Below are positions 18,601 through 26,719 of a stretch of DNA of 30,130 nucleotides, in pieces. The stretch's first letter is position 1, and each line of letters starts with the position of its first letter. The DNA is from an uncultured Candidatus Poseidoniales archaeon (lineage in GTDB: Archaea > Thermoplasmatota > Poseidoniia > Poseidoniales > Thalassarchaeaceae). The position numbers were made by a program, and so were the translations under genes. The notes beneath the pieces are model-generated. The model was not told the DNA's origin. It made no database searches and was given only the letters and a program-made list of their open reading frames with translations. Where the stretch lies: contig CAYYAH010000001.1 in assembly GCA_964470075.1 (NCBI GenBank), forward strand, positions 1-30,130. Reading direction: 5' to 3'.

Positions 18601-20401
18601 GGTATCCTCGACAGCGATTCCACTTGTGATGGGGCAGGGTGCCTCGCAAATCTCCTTCGCGCATCGCGTGAACGGGTCTGGACCGGTCCACGTCAGAGTA
18701 ACTATTGCCGGGTCTGGACTGGCAGATTTGGACTGGTCGAACAACCAAGTAGAGTCAACAGTCCTCGTCGATGAATCTACTCTAGCTGGCTCTCGATCCA
18801 TGACATTCGGTACTGGAGAAGTTCCAATCAGGCTGATAGATCTGGATGATGAGGGATTAGTAATTACTGAAAAAGAGGGAGTGCTATCTCTGTATCGGCT
18901 GAACTCCAATAGGATGTTGACCTCATGCACGAATGTATTGGATGAGATGTGGTCAGGTGATCTCGCCTTCAGTAGTACAGAGGATGGTTGGGCTCACATT
19001 GTTTGGACTAGGCGTTTCATTGACTCCACTGGTTACTTCAGGCAGACACTTAGTTACTCTACAATCGATGCAAGTTGTGAAATGACACCAATTCAGGACC
19101 TGATGCAGCCAATCCTGCTATCTGACGGGAAGTATTGGGGAATAGATATCGATGTAGACGATTCGGAGATACTCGTCTCAGGATACCATAGAGAAATGAT
19201 GACTGGTGGCTCGTTCGGTGACCAGACTAGTGTTTTCATCCTACATGCGGACGCGCCTACTAAGTCCTCAGACTGGTCACTAACTCCGAATGTAGTAGAT
19301 GAGATTGATTTGATTCCTGGAGAGACTACATCTCTTGATGTGGAGTTCGGAGATGATGACGGCGCACATCTTCTATACAAATCGACTAGAAGCGATTCGA
19401 CAGGAATAGAGAGGCATGGTCTTTGGTATGCGCACGGAATGGTTGAGCAGTCATCTTGGACATTCAGAAAATCCATAGCTGATGATGTTACTCTTGCCAA
19501 GATGAAGGTGTTTGTGATTGATGATGATGAGAGGATAGTGGCAACTTGGAAACAGGGCGAGGGATTGGAGGCCGAGATGGTAGCAATGATTGCCGATTCG
19601 TCATTCAATGCAATCGAAAATCTGACTGCAACATTCCCTGCTAGGGGTATGACGACTATCGATCTTGTTGAGACGAGTAGGGGCGTCCAGATTCTATTCG
19701 ATTTAGTTGGCCCTACTGGTCCACAGGTGAACTACGGAATCATCGACCCCGAAGAAGGATGGTTTGGTATTTACGATAGGCTAAATCTTGGCAATCTGTA
19801 CTTAGTTGACAGGTCCCCTTCGAGTAGTGAGACTTTGTTTATCCATACTTCTGCTAGTGGTTGGCAGATTAGAGCAGTGATTGATGATTACGATCCCAAC
19901 AGAGTCGGAGATTCTATACTAGAGAAATTACGCCACCAATTAGGCCTAGATGAACAGAACTTCAACATCCTACTTGGTGGCTTTGCTATCGCGGTGCTGC
20001 TACTTTGCACTGTCATCCTAGTGAGTCTCTCAGCTAGAGGGCTCAGATGGGTCAGAAGAAACAGAAGTGTTGCCTCGGGAGTTGTGATGTTAGAGGAGGA
20101 TGTGGTAGATGTGGTCGATGATTCTGACATCAAGGTGGTAGCAGAAATTGAGTCCGAAGAATCGGAGGAAGTCGAATTAGTAGAAGAAGTGGTAATTCCT
20201 ACTTCTACGCCAGAGATGCCCCCTGCCACTCTGCCTTTACCAGAGATGCCTGCGCCTCAGGGAAGTGGTGAACCGGGTCCGCCTGCACCGCCTCCTCTGA
20301 ACATGCCAGTAATCTGTCCTAGTTGCTCTAGCAGATTCGAGATTGCAATGGGCAATTCATCAGTAAACTGCCCAGTTTGCGATAAGCGGATAGTTCTCTG
20401 A
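15671..20401 (+). CDS. Large membrane-anchored subtilisin-like (S8) protease with Ig-like and two CARDB domains, C-terminal TM and zinc ribbon
   Basis: Catalytic triad ILDTG (16370), HGTHVAG (16547), GTSMS (17180). CARDB ends EELDETDN and DLDWSNN. TM about 19967-20035. Tail CPSC..CPVC. Start 15671 or 15689. Confidence 0.92.
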   Translation: MPDSTRMRIPLIIALLVFVMDVSVAAGALVPSPNQPSDSISDGSIDADLPPLMCGDSICLDKDRSPGFPPPGAGWPVEEPGWWFGYWYDLDSNGMDDRLQRVIAGQRNSVSTTSITGADGLPTVAIVVDYSWHPGTEDISAIKQVLYDHGWDEEGSWFDPLGILDSIVIDHVPVSSLIDIWSLDGVVMIEEQNVIVPLLDKATRGSKVRDSEVFDETMRDFGYDGSGVVIAILDTGVDNEHFSLDDFSDSNNDNEKDPDELADPKWLAGCDATSWSSQDCDDGSLDPDDGDGHGTHVAGIALGTGDSRRINQGYAPGAYLVDVKVMTDAGATNSAATLRGIQWVVDNVDTDWGNNDSSEGIQVMSMSFGSASPGGDDDPGDNGTNADARAVDAAAEAGIVPVAAIGNDGKRRVTSVGASDSAITVGAIDDENTIERGDDMIASYSNSGPREDDGDDNEWEELKPTVVAPGSNIMSAQHAASSSTLPGAPKPLAEDSYTQLTGTSMSCPAVAGFVAVMLQIDDGLKPQEVKDLLQNNSETRGQASLPDISNRWNEDYGFGIIDGNLILNAMLGGNVDPGPGNGTEPPPTGSGEWVVMESPEEDAWLVEGETYSARGHIDEDKDTNGTIEEVSVRVSYSHRPEGEPKQEVVLVDWHAAQGTTNWTTPFTLPEFSEDEIEVIEVIIEAQARNEFEQWSEVVEQKHEVGLVAVTMGGPSGQEAVSGSVNVFGTWESVNGGTVQWRIGTEPWETAQTFGGSGSSNGDWSVTWNTENVDDGFYRISARMVSGDGIYSEEVKRVVEVDNDPPAPNLIFRTGLSVEEYGTPISETYVNTFLEIRTEIRNDGDMTASDLAISLYEDGARKDEMVLPSIDSGDIVEVVLYWNPTTIGDKTVLVSLDPANTIEELDETDNDQSITFPVIQRPQGIDLAFRDGAIRTEPPIPRPNDQFLITARVDNLGSTDATSVEASLEIHNGLGWVLVSSTAIPLVMGQGASQISFAHRVNGSGPVHVRVTIAGSGLADLDWSNNQVESTVLVDESTLAGSRSMTFGTGEVPIRLIDLDDEGLVITEKEGVLSLYRLNSNRMLTSCTNVLDEMWSGDLAFSSTEDGWAHIVWTRRFIDSTGYFRQTLSYSTIDASCEMTPIQDLMQPILLSDGKYWGIDIDVDDSEILVSGYHREMMTGGSFGDQTSVFILHADAPTKSSDWSLTPNVVDEIDLIPGETTSLDVEFGDDDGAHLLYKSTRSDSTGIERHGLWYAHGMVEQSSWTFRKSIADDVTLAKMKVFVIDDDERIVATWKQGEGLEAEMVAMIADSSFNAIENLTATFPARGMTTIDLVETSRGVQILFDLVGPTGPQVNYGIIDPEEGWFGIYDRLNLGNLYLVDRSPSSSETLFIHTSASGWQIRAVIDDYDPNRVGDSILEKLRHQLGLDEQNFNILLGGFAIAVLLLCTVILVSLSARGLRWVRRNRSVASGVVMLEEDVVDVVDDSDIKVVAEIESEESEEVELVEEVVIPTSTPEMPPATLPLPEMPAPQGSGEPGPPAPPPLNMPVICPSCSSRFEIAMGNSSVNCPVCDKRIVL

Positions 20402-20408
20402 GGTCCTC

Positions 20409-21044
20409 ATGGTGTCAATTCTACTTGCTTCTGCATCCGAGCGTAGGCGCGAGATTCTGTCCGGAGTTGTAACTGAATCTACACGATTCGAATCCAGAGC
20501 TTTGACTTCTGAGGAAATTGATCCTTCGAGTGGAATCGATGTGTGTGAGCGGGTAGAATTGATTTGCTCTGCTAAGGCGAAATCGGCTGCACAAGAAATT
20601 GCAATAAGTCGTGAGGAAGTTGATTTTGTCGTCGTTTCAGATACACTAGTCGAAGACCCCACAGATCCATTGATTGCCTTGGGCCAGCCAGATGATGAAT
20701 TGATGGCCACCAGTATGTTGCTAGGACTTTCAGGAAGGGGGCATCGTGTGTGGTCTTCTACTGCAATACTATACTCTCCCGGACATTATAGGAAGGGAAC
20801 GGAAATTCTGCACGGAGGATGGACGGCCGATATTTGGACTGATTCTGCAGTGGTTGAGTTCGATGAATTATCTCAAAGTGTGTTGGCGAATCTCGTCTCG
20901 AGCGGTTCTTGGAAAGGTAAGGCTGGAGCATACGACTTAGCAGGAATGGCTGGAGAACATGCATCTTTGGTCGACGGCGAGGAAGTCACTGTTCTCGGAT
21001 TTGCCCACAGCGCAATGAAAGTCATTACTTCGCTAATTGACTAG
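20409..21044 (+). CDS. maf: Maf-family nucleotide pyrophosphatase
   Basis: ILLASASERRREIL, SDTLV, LSGRGH, GKAGAY. Confidence 0.88.
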   Translation: MVSILLASASERRREILSGVVTESTRFESRALTSEEIDPSSGIDVCERVELICSAKAKSAAQEIAISREEVDFVVVSDTLVEDPTDPLIALGQPDDELMATSMLLGLSGRGHRVWSSTAILYSPGHYRKGTEILHGGWTADIWTDSAVVEFDELSQSVLANLVSSGSWKGKAGAYDLAGMAGEHASLVDGEEVTVLGFAHSAMKVITSLID

Positions 21045-21535
21045 ACAAAGGTCACTCCGCCGTGTTTGAGAACAAACTCCCGCTGTAGATCGTCGAACCA
21101 TTCCAGCATACCCGAGTTGAATAGAACCTCTATTACCTCGGGATCAATCAATAGGTCATCTTGGATTCCCTGTAGAGTACCAGGTGCCGCACCACACGAA
21201 ACACAGGCGCCATCGAGGTCGAGAATTAATGCAAGATGGTCTCCTGTTGGAGTATTCTCGATTCTGCTCTGGGTCACCACCAATCCTCCTCCATGTCCAT
21301 CCAATGCTGCTCTGACTGGACCAAGTCTGGCCATCAGAGCTGGTACAAGATCCGGGTCATCTGAATTTGCCAAATCCACTAGGGAAAGTGCTTCCAATCT
21401 GGTTATCTCCTCGGGGTCATGAGACTCTAGAGTCCGTCGCTCTGATTCTCTCCTCATGGCCTCCTCTATCTGAGCCCTGTAGGCTTCTTCAAGAGAATCT
21501 GCAGCCGACTCTTCTGAATCACGTGTTGGATCCAT
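21041..21535 (-). CDS. NifU/Nfu-domain Fe-S carrier protein with acidic N-terminal extension
   Basis: VRAALDGHGGG..LDGACVSC (Nfu CxxC); divergent from sufCBD. Confidence 0.85.
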   Translation of the reverse strand: MDPTRDSEESAADSLEEAYRAQIEEAMRRESERRTLESHDPEEITRLEALSLVDLANSDDPDLVPALMARLGPVRAALDGHGGGLVVTQSRIENTPTGDHLALILDLDGACVSCGAAPGTLQGIQDDLLIDPEVIEVLFNSGMLEWFDDLQREFVLKHGGVTFV

Positions 21536-21558
21536 GAGCAAGGCGAAGTGGTGGTGTG

Positions 21559-21596
21559 ATTTTAGGGTGACCGAAAACTCAAGCAGACATTCAAAA
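21559..21596. promoter_or_regulatory. Back-to-back TATA-like elements for nfu (21559-21565, minus) and sufC (21590-21596, plus)
   Basis: CTAAAAT ends 23 nt before ATG 21535; TTCAAAA ends 23 nt before ATG 21620. This fits leaderless archaeal promoters. Confidence 0.4.
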
Positions 21597-21619
21597 GGGA
21601 TCTATTCCGGGAGAATGTC

Positions 21620-22408
21620 ATGACAGCCGTATCCGAGGGCGCCGTCGCCTTGATGGAAATTGTAGACTTGCATGTCGGGATAAACGAAACAAGCATTCTC
21701 AAAGGCATAGATTTGAGGATTCTCCCGGGAGAAGTTCACGCCATTATGGGTCGAAACGGAAGTGGCAAGACTACTGCAGCAAATGTGATTATGGGGCACC
21801 CTGATTACGAAGTCGAGCAGGGTGATGTTCTACTCAATGGAGAAAGTCTACTCGAAGAGGATCCTTGGGAGCGTGCGCGTCAAGGAGTGTTTCTCTCTTT
21901 CCAATATCCTCAGGCTGTTCCGGGGCTCCAGGTGGGCAACTTCCTGCGTAAGTCAGTAGCGAGTATCAGAGGAGAGGATGCAGCCAAGGGTGCCGAGTTC
22001 AGGAACGAATTGAATGAGGCGATGGACCAGTTGAATATTCCTCGCAGCTTCCTTTCTAGATATGTCAATGACGGATTCAGTGGTGGCGAGAAGAAGCGTT
22101 TCGAAATTCTCCAGATGATGCTGCTAAAGCCTAAACTCGCAATCTTGGATGAGACAGATAGTGGACTCGACATCGACGGAATCAAGACTGTTGCATCAGG
22201 AGTTAATGCGGCTGTCAGAGGTACTGATTCAGGCGCCTTGATAATCACCCACTACTCAAGGATTCTAGAGCATGTTAAGCCGGACTTCATTCACGTATTG
22301 ATTGGGGGCAAAATCGTCGCTTCAGGCGGCCCCGAGTTGGCGACTCAACTCGAAGAGAACGGTTACGACTGGGTTGAAAAAGCAGCCGCAGCAGAGGAGG
22401 TCGTCTAA
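21620..22408 (+). CDS. sufC: Fe-S cluster assembly ATPase SufC
   Basis: [45 protein letters not shown]. Confidence 0.96.
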   Translation: MTAVSEGAVALMEIVDLHVGINETSILKGIDLRILPGEVHAIMGRNGSGKTTAANVIMGHPDYEVEQGDVLLNGESLLEEDPWERARQGVFLSFQYPQAVPGLQVGNFLRKSVASIRGEDAAKGAEFRNELNEAMDQLNIPRSFLSRYVNDGFSGGEKKRFEILQMMLLKPKLAILDETDSGLDIDGIKTVASGVNAAVRGTDSGALIITHYSRILEHVKPDFIHVLIGGKIVASGGPELATQLEENGYDWVEKAAAAEEVV

Positions 22409-23820
22409 TGCCCGAAAATCAAGAGGCCAGAGAAGCCGTAGGGGACTACAAGGCAGGATGGAATGACACTGAGAATTCGACCATCAGATTCGACTTCGGA
22501 CTCTCCGAAGAAGTAGTCAGAGAGATTTCCAAACTCAAGGAAGAGCCGGAATGGATGACTGAACTCCGCGTCAAGGCATACAAGCACTTCGTCGAGCGTC
22601 CGATGCCCAAGTGGGGCAATACAAGTGCACTCGATGAAATTGATTTTGATTCTATTTGCTACTACCTGCGATCATCCGAAGCAACCGAAAAAGACTGGGA
22701 TGATGTCCCAGAAGAGATCCGAAATACCTTCGACAGATTGGGAATCCCAGAGGCTGAGCAAAAGTGGCTCTCTGGAGTTACTGCACAGTATGAATCCGAG
22801 GCAGTATACCACAGTATCCGTGAGGACTTGGAGCAGCAGGGCGTCATCTTCCTAGACATGGATAGCGGACTTAGAGAATACCCTGATTTGGTCAAGGAGT
22901 GGTTCTGCTCAGTAGTTCCACTTACTGACAACAAGTTCTCGGCTCTAAACACTGCAGTTTGGTCTGGTGGATCATTCATCTACGTGCCAAAAGGAGTTCA
23001 TGTCGAAATGCCTGTCCAAGCGTACTTCAGAATCAATGCGAAGAACATGGGACAGTTCGAGAGGACACTGATTATTGCCGACGAGGGCAGTAGCATACAC
23101 TATGTCGAGGGTTGCACGGCACCAAGTTACTCGACCGACTCATTGCACTCTGCGGTAGTCGAGTTGATTGCGCTACCTGGGGCTCACATCAGGTACTCGA
23201 CTGTTCAGAACTGGAGCGCAAATGTGTACAACCTAGTCACAAAGCGAGGTATTGCGCATGAGAATGCAAAGATTGAGTGGGTGGATGGAAACATTGGTAG
23301 CAAGTTGACGATGAAGTATCCAGCTGTTATACTGAAGGGAGAGGGCGCTCATGCAGAGGTAATCTCGGTTGCATATTCAGGAGATGGGCAACATCAGGAT
23401 GCGGGGGCGAAAATCCATCATCTGGCATCCAACACTACCAGTAAGATTCTCTCCAAGAGCATAAGCAAGAATGGAGGAAGGGGGACATATAGAGGGCAAG
23501 TCACAGTATCTCCGAAGGCTGAGAACTGCAAACTGAATGTAGTTTGCGATGCACTGATTCTAGACGAAGAAAGTCGCTCTGACACTTATCCGACCATGGA
23601 GGTCGCAAATCCAACTGCAAGGTGTGAGCATGAGGCTAGCGTTTCCAAGGTCAGCGATGACCAGTTGTTCTATCTGATGAGCAGGGGCCATTCCGAAGAA
23701 GAGGCTCTGGCAATGATAGTAAACGGATTTTTCGAGCCATTTACCAGAGAGTTGCCAATGGAATACGCAGTTGAATTGAATCAACTGATGGCCCTTGAGA
23801 TGGAAGGAAGCATAGGCTGA
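22408..23820 (+). CDS. sufB: Fe-S cluster assembly protein SufB
   Basis: [38 protein letters not shown]; TAATG overlap with sufC. Confidence 0.96.
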   Translation: MPENQEAREAVGDYKAGWNDTENSTIRFDFGLSEEVVREISKLKEEPEWMTELRVKAYKHFVERPMPKWGNTSALDEIDFDSICYYLRSSEATEKDWDDVPEEIRNTFDRLGIPEAEQKWLSGVTAQYESEAVYHSIREDLEQQGVIFLDMDSGLREYPDLVKEWFCSVVPLTDNKFSALNTAVWSGGSFIYVPKGVHVEMPVQAYFRINAKNMGQFERTLIIADEGSSIHYVEGCTAPSYSTDSLHSAVVELIALPGAHIRYSTVQNWSANVYNLVTKRGIAHENAKIEWVDGNIGSKLTMKYPAVILKGEGAHAEVISVAYSGDGQHQDAGAKIHHLASNTTSKILSKSISKNGGRGTYRGQVTVSPKAENCKLNVVCDALILDEESRSDTYPTMEVANPTARCEHEASVSKVSDDQLFYLMSRGHSEEEALAMIVNGFFEPFTRELPMEYAVELNQLMALEMEGSIG

Positions 23821-23829
23821 GGTGGTAGC

Positions 23830-24945
23830 TTGCAAACTGCTGCTGATTATCTATCGCTCCCCCAGCCCGAGAGGGCTGATCATCTATGGAGATACACTCC
23901 TTGGAGAAGGATTCATCCCACGGGAGATGTAACGGAAGTTCCAGAGGTTGGTTCGGCTGCCGTCTCGATAACCAAACTCGATGGTAGTCCTGCTCCAGAG
24001 GGAGTTTCACTAGAGTGCGTTGATTCATCCCTGGGTGACTTGCCTGATTCAGACCCCGTTACTCTTGCATTTCTTGGAGCGATTACAGCAACTTCTGGAT
24101 GGGAAGTCAAAGTGGATTCGAAATTCAATACAGATATGCCTCTTTTACTCGACATCGATACCGGAGAAGGTAGCTCTGCGGTTCACCTGAATTTGGACAT
24201 AGGAAGTCTGAGTGAGTTCGAACTGATTACTCGGGTTCGAGGGGCTGCAGATTGGTTTGGACTGTTGAAGACAGGACAGATAGGCCCTGGGAGTGTTATC
24301 AATGACATTGTGGTCGGAATCATGCAGCAAGGTACGATGCTCAGAGTGGATTCCTGGGATATCGGCAGAGATGCTCAGATTCGTGCAGGTACCGTTTCAT
24401 CAGGGTCAGATAGAACCAAGGCTGATTTGAGATATCTCCTGAAAGAATCTGGAGGTAGTGTCCGAGTTCTTGGGTCAGTTCTAGGGGCCGGTTCAATGCA
24501 TCTTGACCATCATGTAGAGATTCTACACGATGCACCTGAGACTTTCAGCAGACTCTCTTGGCATTCGGCATGTGGTGGCGACAGTAGGACTGTAGGTACA
24601 GGGATGCTGAAGGTGATGGATGGTTCAAAGGGGGCCGATGCAGCTCAGATTTTCCACAATCTTCTACTCTCCAAAGATGCTGAAGCTGATTCGATACCAG
24701 AGTTGGAAGTTCTCGAACATGAGGTCGTGGGTTGTGGCCATGGTACTGCCAATGGACCTCTGGATGAAAATCAGTTATTCTATCTGCAAGCCAGAGGATT
24801 GGATCCATCAGAGGCCAGAAGAGTACTGATTGCAGCCTTCCTTAACTCAACACTCTCTGAGATGGGTAGTGAAATGCTGCATGATTGGTTGATTGCCCTA
24901 CTGTCTTCTGAACTGGAGAGACTGGGTTCTGGAATGGACAACTGA
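23830..24945 (+). CDS. sufD: Fe-S cluster assembly protein SufD
   Basis: WRYTP, NLLLS..AEADSIPELEV, CGHG, FYLQARG; TTG start after GAGGTGG SD. Confidence 0.9.
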   Translation: MQTAADYLSLPQPERADHLWRYTPWRRIHPTGDVTEVPEVGSAAVSITKLDGSPAPEGVSLECVDSSLGDLPDSDPVTLAFLGAITATSGWEVKVDSKFNTDMPLLLDIDTGEGSSAVHLNLDIGSLSEFELITRVRGAADWFGLLKTGQIGPGSVINDIVVGIMQQGTMLRVDSWDIGRDAQIRAGTVSSGSDRTKADLRYLLKESGGSVRVLGSVLGAGSMHLDHHVEILHDAPETFSRLSWHSACGGDSRTVGTGMLKVMDGSKGADAAQIFHNLLLSKDAEADSIPELEVLEHEVVGCGHGTANGPLDENQLFYLQARGLDPSEARRVLIAAFLNSTLSEMGSEMLHDWLIALLSSELERLGSGMDN

Positions 24946-24972
24946 TTTGTGCCCTCTGCCTCAGGGGCCTTC

Positions 24973-25113
24973 GTGGACATAGACCACTGTGAAGACATAA
25001 GGTGCGGATGCGGATTCACTGGATCGGCGATTCCGATGAGGCAGCACATGGAGTGTCCGAGATGCCGCAGAGTGGTCGAGGCGTGTTGTGAAGGAGTTCC
25101 GGACTATTCCTAG
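24973..25113 (+). CDS. Cys-rich microprotein (46 aa, 7 Cys, 2 His)
   Basis: MDIDHCEDIRCGCGFTGSAIPMRQHMECPRCRRVVEACCEGVPDYS. GTG start (alternative GTG 24949). It fills the gap exactly and its TAG overlaps the convergent gene's stop. Not in the ORF track. Confidence 0.6.
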   Translation: MDIDHCEDIRCGCGFTGSAIPMRQHMECPRCRRVVEACCEGVPDYS

Positions 25114-25898
25114 GAAGTGCGGTCTCTGTAGCTGGATAGTAATCCCGTCATCAATACTCCTGCTGCAGCGCCGAACATCATTCCTTGCTCCTCAAAACTG
25201 CTGCCTGCCAAGTCTCGAAAGGCCAGTGTCATGGCGCCCGTCATTGGGATTACGAACACAGCGAAGCGTGTGGCCCATTGTCTAGGATTTGGTGCCCTTC
25301 CCATCGGTCTAAGAACTAATGAGCTTGACTTCTGAATAATCTGCCACTCGGCATTCTCTGCCCCGATTTTGAGTCGTTGAATGACGGCTGGCCTAATTCC
25401 AGGGTCAGCAGATTTTGGACGAGTATCATCCCCATGTCCAGTAATTAATTTCAGGCGACCAAGACTTGCCCTGTTCTCTAACAACATATCCACCAGAGCT
25501 GCGGCTGAAGGTGTATCTAGACCATGCAAATCCACTACCAAGACTCCTCTGTCTCGTCGTATCTGCTGCTCTACTGACCAAGATCTAGAGGCAAAAACAT
25601 ACGTTCTTTCTTCTATCGGAGCAAGTATTGCTCTGACTTTGATTACCTCTGCCTCTCTGATAGATGCCATGTCTCTGCCAGATGCCGATTGTTCTCTCAA
25701 TCGATGTAGGGCGAATGTAGTCACGATAACCGAGGCTGCTAGACCTGAAACTACACCTGAGCGAACGGCCTTCGGAACATCTGGGTCATCGAGGCCACTG
25801 AGGAAGATGACGATGAATGAACCCATGACTGCAACCATGGAACCTACAACGATCCCTAGCCAAAGAGCATCCCTAGCACCCAAGTCGGCCACAATCAC
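25110..25898 (-). CDS. Four-TM membrane protein with central Smr/MutS2-type nuclease domain
   Basis: VDLHGLD..LKLITGHG (about 25541-25305) between two N-terminal and two C-terminal hydrophobic helices. Confidence 0.75.
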   Translation of the reverse strand: MIVADLGARDALWLGIVVGSMVAVMGSFIVIFLSGLDDPDVPKAVRSGVVSGLAASVIVTTFALHRLREQSASGRDMASIREAEVIKVRAILAPIEERTYVFASRSWSVEQQIRRDRGVLVVDLHGLDTPSAAALVDMLLENRASLGRLKLITGHGDDTRPKSADPGIRPAVIQRLKIGAENAEWQIIQKSSSLVLRPMGRAPNPRQWATRFAVFVIPMTGAMTLAFRDLAGSSFEEQGMMFGAAAGVLMTGLLSSYRDRTS

Positions 25899-25920
25899 CG
25901 GATGCGGTTATCGCTCAAGA

Positions 25921-25927
25921 GTTCAAG
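25921..25927. promoter_or_regulatory. Candidate bidirectional TATA-like element (GTTCAAG/CTTGAAC)
   Basis: Centred in the 50-nt gap, 21-22 nt from both start codons (25898 and 25949). Confidence 0.35.
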
Positions 25928-25948
25928 GGTAGTCGGAATAAACATGAA

Positions 25949-26719
25949 ATGCTACTGAGTAATGCTGAAATCATGGTTGGGCGCAATGGGCTATCTAGCC
26001 GTGATCGTGAGCAGAAAGTTGGGAGAAACGTCGCCGCTGCGATTGGGGCGTATCTGTTGCTTTGCTTCCTAGCTCCGCTTCTGTTGCCAGAAGGAACAGT
26101 TCCAGAACTATCTGGCCGGGCTAATGCATTGGACTACGCTAGTGAGAGTAGTTGGGGCAATCAGGATCACGGAGAAAATGCGGACTTGGGGCATGACCAA
26201 TCAGCTCATGGAGGAACATTTGCTTGGTCGGATTTGAATCCGTTGTGGGCTTTTGTCTACGCCTTTGGCGATTTGAATTGCCATCAGAAGCACGAACGTT
26301 CTTGGGAAATTAATGGGAACCAGATGCCGGTCTGCACTAGAGATGTAGGCATCTTCCTAGGACTGGTTATTGGAGCTGCTTTGTTCGGCCTCAGAGGTCT
26401 AAACAGATGGACTGTTCGCGATACTTTCCTGTCGGTTTTTCCTGACGAGATGTTAGAGCCTCTGTATCTCAAAGACAGAAGAATGGTAGCCATGCTATTG
26501 CTAATTGGACTCGGCCTTGTACCCATGGGGGTAGACGGATTTACCCAACTTCTTACCGAATATGAATCAACTAATCCTGTTAGAGTAATCACGGGACTAT
26601 TCTCAGGTCTGGTTATTGGTTGGTGGTTCGCGGCTGCCCTGTGCGCTCGTGCATCCTTCTTCGATGATGATGCGGCGAGAGTATCTCTCCCTGCCAATGC
26701 CAGACTGATGATGAAGTGA
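25949..26719 (+). CDS. DUF2085-family membrane protein
   Basis: CHQKHERS, MPVCTRD, PMGVDGFTQL, ESTNPVRVITG. Confidence 0.85.
   Translation: MLLSNAEIMVGRNGLSSRDREQKVGRNVAAAIGAYLLLCFLAPLLLPEGTVPELSGRANALDYASESSWGNQDHGENADLGHDQSAHGGTFAWSDLNPLWAFVYAFGDLNCHQKHERSWEINGNQMPVCTRDVGIFLGLVIGAALFGLRGLNRWTVRDTFLSVFPDEMLEPLYLKDRRMVAMLLLIGLGLVPMGVDGFTQLLTEYESTNPVRVITGLFSGLVIGWWFAAALCARASFFDDDAARVSLPANARLMMK

Noticed and set aside
24943-25113. Cys-rich ORF in frame with sufD after a TGA: possible readthrough or selenocysteine
   Set aside because: SufD ends at its normal C-terminus, the TGA is not at a conserved Cys position, no SECIS is recognisable, and independent GTG starts exist.
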